DNA from: Spironucleus salmonicida
Taxonomy: Eukaryota
DNA: 64,000 bases
Assembly (NCBI RefSeq): GCF_000497125.1
Contig: NC_090600.1
Coordinates: 744,001-808,000, forward strand
Direction of reading: 5' to 3'
Shown: positions 51,276-61,809 of the stretch, in pieces
How the letters are laid out: every line of letters starts with the position of its first letter
Position numbering within the stretch: the first letter of the stretch is position 1
The notes under the pieces: model-generated
Seen by the model: only the letters and a program-made list of their open reading frames with translations
Told to the model about the DNA's origin: nothing
Database searches by the model: none
Translations under genes and position numbers: made by a program

Positions 51276-51812
51276 ATGGCCGCCATCCAGTTCGAGCAGC
51301 TCGGCAAGCGGTACCAGATCCATACCCCGCACGACCTCACCCCGTCCACACTCAACGAGTACGGCGACCTCACGTTCGACGTGGGTTACCTGCCGTACAA
51401 CACCCTGTTCTACCTAACGGCCGACGGTGAGAGGCTGCAGGCCTTCAAAACCATAACCAACGCGTACTTCAGCGTGCGCTTCGAACTTTCCAATGGGGAC
51501 TACCACATAGACGACCACCGTGTCGTGCAGCTCGAGCCGTTCCACATGCGCCTGGAGGTCGAGCTGAGCGGCCAACGGCACCTGATCACTGACAGCACAT
51601 CTTTCCCGGTAACTCTGAACCAGATGTTCGAGGTATGCGAGGGCGATACTATCGACGTCTTTGTCAACAGCCACAAGGCCTGCAGCGTTCCCAGCCGTAT
51701 CTCTACCCTCACGGAGCTTACCTTCAGTGTCTTCGCACAGGACGGGCGTATCCATATCTCGGTTGACAAGGACGGCATTCCGCAGGCGGGAGGTGCCGTG
51801 CCTGTTGAGTGA
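51276..51812 (+). CDS. hypothetical protein Y (178 aa), intact parent of the chimera
   Basis: MAAIQFEQLGKRY...PVE; GAGTGA end. Confidence 0.75.
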   Translation: MAAIQFEQLGKRYQIHTPHDLTPSTLNEYGDLTFDVGYLPYNTLFYLTADGERLQAFKTITNAYFSVRFELSNGDYHIDDHRVVQLEPFHMRLEVELSGQRHLITDSTSFPVTLNQMFEVCEGDTIDVFVNSHKACSVPSRISTLTELTFSVFAQDGRIHISVDKDGIPQAGGAVPVE

Positions 51813-51951
51813 CGGCTAGGCATGCATCTATGTATTTCACTATAAAAACAGAAACCAAACTATTTATTAATTTATCTTATTAATGATATTATGAATTTAT
51901 TATAAATTATATTTATTAAATTATAATATAAATTGATTTATTTTTAATATA

Positions 51952-52368
51952 ATGCAGATAATAGCGCCAACAAAATTGTTCATTAAAACGTTAAAGAATC
52001 TTAACAATTTGTTAAACACTAAGTAATCCTCAATTATGTTATCAAGAACGTAACAAAATAGTTTTAAATAAGAAATATAAAAAGCAATTTTTGATTCATA
52101 ATCTCCTAAAATTATTATTACAACATGTTTGCAACTAGATATTGAATAAATTTATAGTATAATAGGTCCAATCAATGTGATTTAGGCAGAGGAATTAGTC
52201 CTAACGATAGATTAAATTTTATATAATTTACTTCCAAAATCTGATAATAAACTAGATCATGATAATCAAATTTCTGCAATTGAAAAAGAAATTATGGGAA
52301 AATAATAACAAATTGCAGTATTGAAAGCTGAGAAACTACGTTTGCAGATTACCAATAGTAATCAGTGA
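51952..52368 (+). CDS. hypothetical protein with C-terminal coiled coil
   Basis: 138-aa open frame; CAGTGA end. Confidence 0.6.
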
Positions 52369-52399
52369 AAGTAATTTCCTTTTTATATTATCTAAATTA

Positions 52400-52725
52400 T
52401 TAATTAAAAATAACTACATATAACATAAATAGATATATAAAATAATTCTTGATAAATTGTTAAAAAAAATTATGAGTGAAAAATTTTCTAGATGCAGACA
52501 TTGGTGATCAAACCCTTTTGTGCACATGTCGCAGTGGCGGCAGTGCACACCTAAGGGCTGGCTCAGGCATTGGGCTGAGCATGGGACTCTGTTGTCTTTA
52601 GCAATTTGCAAGATCTTCCAGATGGCGTAGGTAGCAGCCATAACTAACGGTATGGTGAACGGCTGGTTGTGCACGGATAGAATCTGTGCGAACAGAAGAG
52701 GACCAATGAGGTTGAACTGACGCAT
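52400..52725 (-). pseudogene. degenerate DHHC paralogue (DHQC, decayed 3' half)
   Basis: Identical 5' half; DHHCWWLG becomes DHQCLHLE; remnant YMQ.FL; no TGA until inside the opposite-strand 51952 gene. Confidence 0.65.
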
Positions 52726-54345
52726 TCTGGAGGAGTGTAGACTGTAGGGAGAATATACTTATATCTGACAGACACAGGTATAGTAACTACTCATTCACGG
52801 GAAATACTCCGCCCCAAACTCCTGCATCACCAGGAAGTTCTTCCGCAGCCCCTTTAGGCGGCTGACGATCTGGTTGTCCGTGCGCCCCTCCAGTAAGTCG
52901 GATATCTTTTTCCACGCACGGGGCTGGCAGCAGCGCATCGCGGCGACCAACTTCAGGTCCTCCTGGGCAGTCCACTTGCGGTTCGTCTTTTTCGGGTCTA
53001 GCACGCGCACCCAGTGCTGCACGATAGAGGGCATCTTGCGCTGCGCTCCCACAGTCTCGGCGTTGAATATCTGGGCAAGTTGTTTCCAGTTCTGGGGGCC
53101 GTACATTTGGATGAGTCTGACGAGCAGGTCGTCCTCGACCCTGGTCCATATGTTAGTAGAGCTCCTGCCCGCGCGCTTGGCTGGCTACGCCTCCAAGGCC
53201 GCTGGTTCGGGCTGAACGTCCACGCGGATGCTAGACCACTCTAGCGTATCATCGAGAAAGCTCTTGTACTGGGAAAGCGGAATCTCCAAAGTCGCATCAG
53301 GTAGCGCGCCGAGGCAGATTATATCGCTGTCTGAAACCAGGCTGAACATTGGGTGGAAAGGCTAATCGCAGAGATTACAATAAAGAGTGAGTTAGAGTAG
53401 ATTATGTTTGTTGGTTTGTGGTTTAGTAAAAATAAAAGAAATGTAGTCGATAATGGGGTGCCTAATATACATGAATACTGCCTACCCTGGGGGCGAAATG
53501 GATAATATCGAACGTAAAAGCGATACGTCTCCGGATATGGTAACATTATTATATACTGATATGCCGGTTTAACTTTGGGAATAGGAGTGGAAACAGTAAA
53601 ATATACCAACGTACTTTTTGACGAATTATACTGAGTTTGATGAAGTTTCTAAAAGTTATTTACAATCCGCTTAAGAATGTTTTGCGGTAACCTAATTATT
53701 ATACTCCTACTTGCCCGTATTCGGCTTGCAGATTGACCAATTGGTCTACGGTTGCCCGATCCTCACGATTCTTAGTTCACCCTGAGACACGAAATCTCGA
53801 GTATTTAAGTTCTACGCGCCCTAGTGAGACTGCCAGCGGGCTGCATCCGCCTTTGAGGTACGGGGCAGCATGACTCAGGATTCGCTGGTCGCATGCCTAG
53901 CTCTGTGCGGACGCCGAAATCATCCCAGCAGGGACAGGGTGTAATCCGACACAGCAACGCCAGGTGATTGTCGCAGGGTAAGCGCATCCTATGAATAGTC
54001 TCACTATCGCAGAGCGAAAGCACAGATACCCTGCTGCTGGTTGTTACGCATAAGTATGGAGGCAATACGACCTGGTGCCAGCTATCACCGAATAGATTGC
54101 CAGGCTCGCAGTGATCAAAGTTCCTTCAGAAGCTCAGTGTAGTCGTCCACGAGAAAATCGCAAATCTCCCTCTTCTAGTCCATCTGGTTCCTCTCGCTGA
54201 GGATCCCGATTACTCTGCCCCCGCTAGCTCTGGCCCCCTGCATGCCTGCCACGGTGTCCTCGAATACCACTGTCTCCTAGGGGTTCCCACCGATCTGTCT
54301 CATACACTCCAAAAATACCTTGGGGCTAGGCTTGCTAGCACCTAC
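52505..54345 (+). repeat. direct segmental repeat D' (copy 2)
   Basis: Matches 29543-31383. Confidence 0.95.
52795..53349 (-). CDS. R2R3 Myb-like DNA-binding protein (copy 2)
   Basis: Identical to 29833-30387. Confidence 0.9.
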
Positions 54346-54762
54346 ATCTTCGCAAGTAACTATAGTGATATTCTAGCGTATATCAGGATAGCGGCTTAAA
54401 AATGACTCTATTACTGCATGAGGACAAGCTGTGGCTAACCCAACTGGAATTTTCTTTTCTATTAACATTCTAAGAAAATTATCACCATTATTTATAAACT
54501 CTACCTATTAAAACAACTTAATACAATTTGAAATAAATATATCTTTGACTTCTTCCACGCTAGCTGTAAGATTATACTTTGTAATAATAAATTTAGAACA
54601 ATCTGGTGTTGACAATCCCTAAATATTATCTAAATGTTGTTTTTCAAGGTAAGGTATATTATAATTTTCAAATACCATACCGTGTACTTTTTCCCAAACT
54701 GGTATTGAGTTGATAAGTGTGCCATCAAAATCAAAAACAAAATATTTCATATCTTCAAGCAT
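54115..54762 (-). CDS. HAD-superfamily phosphatase (paralogue 2)
   Basis: MLEDMKYFVFDFDGTLINS; C-terminal third identical to paralogue 1. Confidence 0.9.
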
Positions 54763-55536
54763 TTTAAATTATATATTCATTTTATTATATATTATTATAA
54801 ATATTATAATTTACAGATTTTTCTAATACAAGGTATTCAGATATATAAATCTATATATGAATTAAGTAGCAGTTATCATCTTATGACGAGATAACATCTA
54901 AAAAGTAATAATATCCTATATATTGATAATTTTAATGGCATAAATCTTAATTTTTTAATAAATACCGTAAAATTATACTACAATTTTGTAAAAATTTTGA
55001 TATTAAAACAAATGCAATAAATTATTTAAAAATAAAAACATTCCACTTTAAAATAATTTTATCATTAAATTTAACTATGTATTTAGAGATTTAGTATGCT
55101 TTATAACCTATTTGTAGGGCAAATAAGTTCATATTTAAAATAAATAACATTTAATTAAACTAGAGTGGACTTATAATTTTCCCTAAATTTTAGTGACGAA
55201 ATAATAATATTTTAATAATTAGGTTTTTATTAGCAGGTAAAGTGATAATCAACTAATAAAAATCATAAAACAGTATTGAAACACGTTAATTATTTTATAT
55301 ATTCTATTCATTTATATTTATGTTCTATTATAATTTTGATATATATTATTTTATAGACGAAGATTCATTAAAACCTAATTTTATTGCATATTATTCTTCT
55401 TAAAGAAATAAGTGTTTTATTATAAAATGAATATTTCTGGATTTTTGAATATTCTGCATTTATTTTAAATAATACACATATTATATAAATAATATATATT
55501 GTTTAATGTAAAAAAATTACTTTCCTATTCCGCAAA

Positions 55537-55794
55537 ATGTCAGATACTGATCTTAAGCGTGCTGAATTCCGTCGTTACCTTTAGCGTACTGGGGTTGCAG
55601 ACTCCATAACAAAGGCATTTGTAGCTCTCTATGAAGAATCAGAAAAACCAGCAAATGCCCTTGAATTTGTTGCTAGTTTCCTCGGATGCTCTGGCGAAGA
55701 TAAAATTGCAGCTCTTACAGCTCAAATCGAAGAGATTTAAAAGGAAAATGAAGAATTAAAGAGATAACTTGAGAGCAGAAATAGAGATGAGTGA
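55537..55794 (+). CDS. MYCBP: MYCBP/AMY-1 (c-Myc-binding protein; flagellar FAP174-like)
   Basis: KRAEFRRYLQRTGVADSITKAFVALYEESEKPANALEF. Confidence 0.9.
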
Positions 55795-56258
55795 TGTTGG
55801 CTCATTTATAAATATTATCTATATTTTTGAGATTAAACAGTAGACTAGATTTAAGATTCCGCTAATTTATGTACATACAGTTAATAATTATTATTAAAGG
55901 AATTACTATGGTATTAATTTACTTTAAATATAATGGGTGTGCATATATATTAATTTTTTATATTCATGAATTGTTTAATAATAATTTTCTAAAGTTGAAT
56001 TACAGTCATAGAATTTTACAGAATATCCTTGTAATTGATATAGGCCATATAACCATGGCTGCGGTGATCGCGTGCGCCCAGGGTTTGGAAGCTGGCGTGC
56101 GGAATATACTGCTTAGACTGCCGGTCAAGGCCTTGCCCAGGGGAGACAAGCTCTCCTATTGCGCGGTTTCCCTCTAGAAGCAACTTCGGGCTCGATCTGC
56201 TCTTGGGAAGCTTGGGCAGAGCATCCGGTCGAGCACGCTAGAATCTTGGCAAACGTCC

Positions 56259-57179
56259 TCACTCGCACGCCGAGAATACCTGTCTGGGCGCCACCAGTCC
56301 CTTCGCGCACACGTAGTAGTCGATGTTGGCCGCGTCCACCCAGTCCGGGCCGAACGTGTCGCGGCTGCCCTCCTCCTCACTGACCTGACCCGCCTCGATC
56401 ACGAAGATGACCTTCCTCGCCATGGTCCGAAAGAGTTCGCAGGCCGCCCCGGTACCGGCGTCGGTCACGCAGCTGCCGTTCCGGAACACGAAGCGCGGGG
56501 CCGAGATCAGCCCAAAGCAACGCCCGGCCAGGTGGGGTATCATATCGAGCTCGACGGGCACTGCCTTCGCCCCCAGCTGGCCCAGGTATGTGACCGCCGA
56601 CGCCGTAATGTCCTCGTTGCAGCGGAGGACGAACACGAGGTCGCACTGACTGGCGGCCTGCAGCACCGCGGGGCTATTGCCCACCACCATGGTGCACCTC
56701 ACACCGGTGAGCAGCTGTACCAGCGCCTGCCCCGCTTGCTGGGCGTCTATCGCGGAGGCCTGCAGCTGGTACCGCGCGTGGGACACCGCCTGGTCCACGA
56801 TGGGCCTGGATAGCTGCCGGGGCTTCTGCTGGCTCAAACTCGTCTGGAGCAGGAAGTCGCACTTGAAGCTGTCCGGGTTCTGCACGGCGTCGTACAGCGA
56901 GGCGTTGACGCGGCGGGTGATGTTGGAGATCAGCCGGTTGGTCGGGAGGATCTGCTGGAGCATGCACGCCGCCTCGAGCAGGAAGCTGTAGAGGCACAGG
57001 GGCTGCGCGCACTGGTACTGGCCGAGCGCCTGCGCGAAGAACTGCAGGTACACCCCCGCGAAGTCGTAGGGCACAAAGCTCTTCTGCTCTAGCTGGTCCA
57101 CCAGGCCCTGGTACAGTTGGTTCAGGACCGGGAACTCCGAGAAGGAGTCGAACTGGTCGCAGAGGGCGCAGGTTGCCAT
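56259..57179 (-). CDS. eIF2B beta-like subunit, copy 2
   Basis: Identical to the 47187 gene. Confidence 0.65.
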   Translation of the reverse strand: MATCALCDQFDSFSEFPVLNQLYQGLVDQLEQKSFVPYDFAGVYLQFFAQALGQYQCAQPLCLYSFLLEAACMLQQILPTNRLISNITRRVNASLYDAVQNPDSFKCDFLLQTSLSQQKPRQLSRPIVDQAVSHARYQLQASAIDAQQAGQALVQLLTGVRCTMVVGNSPAVLQAASQCDLVFVLRCNEDITASAVTYLGQLGAKAVPVELDMIPHLAGRCFGLISAPRFVFRNGSCVTDAGTGAACELFRTMARKVIFVIEAGQVSEEEGSRDTFGPDWVDAANIDYYVCAKGLVAPRQVFSACE

Positions 57180-57505
57180 TCGGAGCGGAGCGGAAAGCAA
57201 ATGGGCCCGGAAACCTTGCGGCCAGGTCCACACGTCAGACGCCGCTGCACGAGTGTATCGTGGCCGAGCGAAGGTATACAATTAAACGACGTGATACCCG
57301 AAACAATACCCAAGGGGCGGGACTGGAAATATACAATTGAGAGCGAATATAAACCACCAGGTATACGAAATAATCCGGTTTAAAAAATACCAGTCAAAGT
57401 ATACACTGTATTGTAATATGCATAATAATGATATCTACAAAGTGAAACGTGGAATATAGCCAGAATACTGGTTCTATTAGGGTCCGAGTTTCCAATTCGT
57501 AGAAA

Positions 57506-57964
57506 ATGGAGTACTCGTTCAACATCGTGACCTCGTTCATTTCGGTGGACCCCAACGAGCAGTTCAACGACGACCACCTGTCCCGGCTCTCGGACATCTC
57601 TATCCTGTCGATGCACAAGTAGCACTCGGCGAAGTCCGTCAGGCAGTACGTGTTCAACTCCAAGATCGACTCCATGCTCCTGGAGCTCGCGCAGGTCCAC
57701 GAGAAGCAGAGCTGGGTTGAGATCACGGCGGTCCTCAACCAAACGTTCGCACTCAGCATCCGCACGAGCCAGTACTACCAGCGGTATTTCCGTGTGCTCA
57801 AGTAAGGGCTCAAGAAGGGGAGGTGGACCAAGGACGAGGACAAGAAGTTGATCCAGGCGTACGAAAAGTACGGTCAGAAGTGGAAGCTGATCGCCAACGA
57901 GGTCGGTGGAAGGACCGACACCCAGATTAGGTATAGGCTGACGAAGCTAGATGTGGTTAAGTGA
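57506..57964 (+). CDS. Myb-like DNA-binding protein (second subtype, copy 2)
   Basis: Identical to the 46402 gene. Confidence 0.9.
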
Positions 57965-58871
57965 GCTAGCTCATATTTTTTTCGGTTCACACGGCGGGAA
58001 GCTGTGCCGCACAGAAGGTCGCAGCAGAGGATGCTGGTTAACCCAACCTCGGAGGGGCTGATGGCGACCGCCATCGTAGTTGCTCGGCCAGCATCTCCAG
58101 CCGCAGAAGGTGGGAGCTGTGCGGTCAGTCCAATTGAACCCCTAGAATCGCGCCGGTATTAACTTGACAATTATGCGAATAAGACAAAGCATGGCTGCCG
58201 GTGTGCAGAATGGGCGTTCGAAAGCCAGGAGACGGGAAACCAATACGGCGGTTGGTGCAATGCTCGAGGGTGAGCGGCATACTCTCTTTCAAGATATCGG
58301 TATTTTATCGTGGGTAGCACAATGTACCAGTCGTGGGCAGGGCCAGAAGTTCAGGGAGGTGACATTTTACGTTCCAGTATTAATTTTTCAAATTATATTA
58401 TAAACTAATACTGGAGTCCATGCAGGTGGATGGGGGATTGCGAGCCACCTGGCGGTATGCCTGCTCTCAGTGATAGTCGGGATTATAAAACATAAAATAA
58501 TATTTATATATTAAAATAGTTATTTAGTAATTGTTCAACTCTATTTCATAAGCCATACTGGATAATAGTATTTAAAAATAACACATAAAAATAAATCTAC
58601 AATTTGGTAGAATTATTTAATTTAATAATAAAACTATATACGAAAAAGATAGTTTTATATTTTTGAAAACTTCCTTTATTATGCTATATGATACTTATAT
58701 AACCATTTAAAATGGTTATACTATTGTATTTATTTAACTTTTAATCATTTATTTATAGTATTCTCGTAAAATAAATAGAACATGTAAATTTAGTATAAAC
58801 TGTATAAAAATCTATTTAATAAAAGTTTCATATACACGTAACAATTTACATTTATATAATTATCTGTAAAA

Positions 58872-60452
58872 ATGTTACTATTAAGTTTATCTTTGAATTG
58901 TTTTTCCTACAATTCAACTCTTACTTTCTCTGAAGTATCAGGTTATGCATTTGTGTCGTTATTTACTAGAAATTTTGATCTCGATTAAGAGACATAAAGC
59001 ATCTGTAATAAATATCAATAATTATAAACTCAAATGGTTATTAGTTTAGGTACTAACACACTACAGTCAACCAATATTTTCTTTGATTTCACTCATAATT
59101 AGACTATTAAACTAACATGTATAGAATCGACAGATTTATGTATTGCAGAAATGAAAACATTAACAAACCTTAAATACTCATTCGTGTTTAATTAGATCAG
59201 CTCTGAGTTTTCTTCAACTGTTTCCACTCTAAGCATGGAATTTTATAATCATGAGTAGTGTTTTTCAGAAGTCTACATTGTTCCGGATCTAGTTTAAGGA
59301 GTTTACACTATTACATTTCCAAAAGCGTATTTATGCAGATTCGAATAAGTAGACGTAGATATTTAGATGCATATTTATCCAGATCTCGTCTGGACTCATA
59401 GGATCAAAAATTACAATCAGTCTCTTGTATAATATTAAGGATTAGCTGTTGAGTGCATTGACTAATCATATTCCTATGAAAAATGCATTGCTGATGTTTA
59501 TAGCGTTTATTTCGAGGCTTTCTTTACAGGTTTTATCAGACTAGTGACCTACAACGAAGTTGATCCTGATAATACCAACCCAAACCTGAAACCGTATGAA
59601 ACTATTATTTAGCAGGAAATTCAAGGCATCCGGGCGATATCATATAAAAATTTTTACAAAGAGCTCATTGTTAATTTTTAAGGGGACAAAATCCACTTTA
59701 CTACAACTCTCCTAAATGCGTCAGCCTTCAACACTACAGAGCAAGCCTTTGTAACATTATGTGTTTAAGAATCCAAAAATTTTACAGAAGGCAGGACCTG
59801 GGTTTTTGAGCAATAGATGCTACTGTTTGATTTTTATTAGCCAGAATTCTGGATTGATTGCACAAATGCTTCGAATGTTACAGAATGTAAAGAAGATATT
59901 GTTTATTTAGAGTATTATGGTTAAGAATTTACCTACAATCTGCAAGTTGCCTTTATGTATTATAACTTCTCCCTTATGGAAATTTATTTTGACCGTGCAG
60001 TATATGTAGCAGCATGTATAAACTCAGCAAACATTTTAAGAAAAGATAATTAATTTTGTGTTACAGTAAATTACTTAAATGGTTGTGATCCAGGACCGGT
60101 TATTTAGATTCCTATAAGCCTTTTCATATCGAACGATGCAGCGGAATAATATAATATCACATTATAAACAGGTTAGTTTTTCTAAAACTCGTTGGAAATT
60201 ATGTTTCCAAAGCCATTTTGTTACCCACCAGATATACTTAAAGTCTCATTTAATAATGCAACCTGGGGAATGCTGAATTTTGCTGGTACTCAGATTCCTA
60301 TAATTAGATTTAGTGTAGAGAGAACAAACGTGGTATAAATAGAAGGAATTTCCTGCATCCTTATTACCGTATTCCTTGCATTTGGAGGTTATTTCATATC
60401 ATTGAACGCAGGGCCAGGCCGCCATGTTAAGCCAGTTCTAATTGAAGAGTGA
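58872..60452 (+). CDS. type-I membrane/surface protein, paralogue 2
   Basis: MLLLSLSLNCFSYNSTL...; TM ISCILITVFLAFGGYFI. Confidence 0.8.
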
Positions 60453-60712
60453 GATATTATTTGTTATATCTTTCATATAATAAAATATATAATATGCAAT
60501 ATTTTTGTTATTAATTATTTATATATTATTGTAATATATTAATAATAATCTAAAATAACATATTAATATTATTTTATATAATAATGCATTAAATTACAAC
60601 TAGTAAACTTGCAATATTTACTTATTATATAAGAATATTACTTATTATGATTTAAATATTTTTCAATATATATTATTATACATTCATATACAAATAGCTC
60701 CCCACTCTAAAA

Positions 60713-61276
60713 ATGGAACATTCTGCCCTGCTAGCCGAAAATGAGAGGCTGAAGCGCTAGGTGCAGATCTTGTCGCAGAAGCCTTCAAAGCAAGAAATCC
60801 AGATCCTTTCGCGCAGCAATTTGCTGCTCTAGAAGTCGCATTTTGCGTCGACTTGCGAGTTGTAAAACCAGGAAATGCAGGAAATCGCGGAGCACTAGAC
60901 GATGATAATTTAGCGCCTCCAGGACCAGCTCAGATTCTGCGATTAGTAAAATGAGAACTAAGCTGATTTGATCGAATTGGAGTGTGAAAATTCAGTGCTA
61001 AAAAAGTAATTATAAGAAATGATATAAAAAGATATATTTATGGAGCGGAAAATAAGAAACTTGAATTATTAGTTATTATAATATAATAATGATAATAATA
61101 CGAAAAAAATAAATATAGAAATTTAGTGCGATGTCAGCGAGGAAGTGATCCAGCGCGAGTGCTACGTGCGTATCCTGGAGCGGAAGGTATAGTAGATGCA
61201 ACAGGTGATTGAGGGGATGCAGCGGAACCAAATTTTTGGGCAGATCGAGCTTGCCGAAAGCAGGGCGAATGAGTGA
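60713..61276 (+). CDS. coiled-coil hypothetical protein
   Basis: CCCACTC upstream; GAGTGA end. Confidence 0.7.
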
Positions 61277-61287
61277 AATATTTATAG

Positions 61288-61743
61288 TCACGCTGGACGT
61301 GGGTTGGCATTGAAGGCTGCTAGTGCGGTGTTGTAATTCATCACTTTCTGCAGAGTGCATTGGTTCGCTTTCTACAGGCTTAATATATTTTCTCGCAGCA
61401 CGATGGTAGTATCTTTCTATTAAAGCAGGTGGTTTTTCAACTCTTTTTCGCTTTTTAAGAGCTAGTGTACTTAAGATCTGAGTTTTGCACTCTCAATAAG
61501 TGATTCTTGATAATTACCTTCAGTGATTTTCAGCTGCTTTTTTAGGGCTGTAAACTCGCTATGAAGCTAAATACCTTCTAATTCTATTTGTTTGATGTTT
61601 TTTGTTAATTTGTTGGTAATCATTTTTTGGTCTGGTTCTGCTTACTCGGTGTTGGGGGATTTGGAATTTGGATGGAGTTTATTTATATTTTAGCAGGCTA
61701 GTTGTAACTGTTATTCGAGTACTTTCGAAGGAGCCATCTGCAT
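61288..61743 (-). CDS. coiled-coil hypothetical protein (151 aa)
   Basis: Open frame MQMAPSKVLE... Confidence 0.6.
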
Positions 61744-61809
61744 TTCTGTGGAGAAAATGTTAGGATGGTAAGAATAATGATATTTTGCATCAAAATTAAA
61801 AATGTTTTT

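Larger units (their letters stand above)
49074..51431. repeat. inverted segmental repeat B (partner A 36064-38421)
   Basis: Reverse complement of A. Confidence 0.95.
56053..58490. repeat. inverted segmental repeat C'
   Basis: Reverse complement of 45876-48313. Confidence 0.95.

Noticed and set aside
29543-58490. Repeats as transposons or CRISPR arrays
   Set aside because: No transposase, reverse transcriptase, TIR/TSD or repeat-spacer pattern; contents are ordinary host genes
59052-59066. ACTAACACACTACAG resembling a diplomonad branch point/3' splice site
   Set aside because: Lies in an uninterrupted ORF colinear with its paralogue; no matching GTATG-like 5' site nearby
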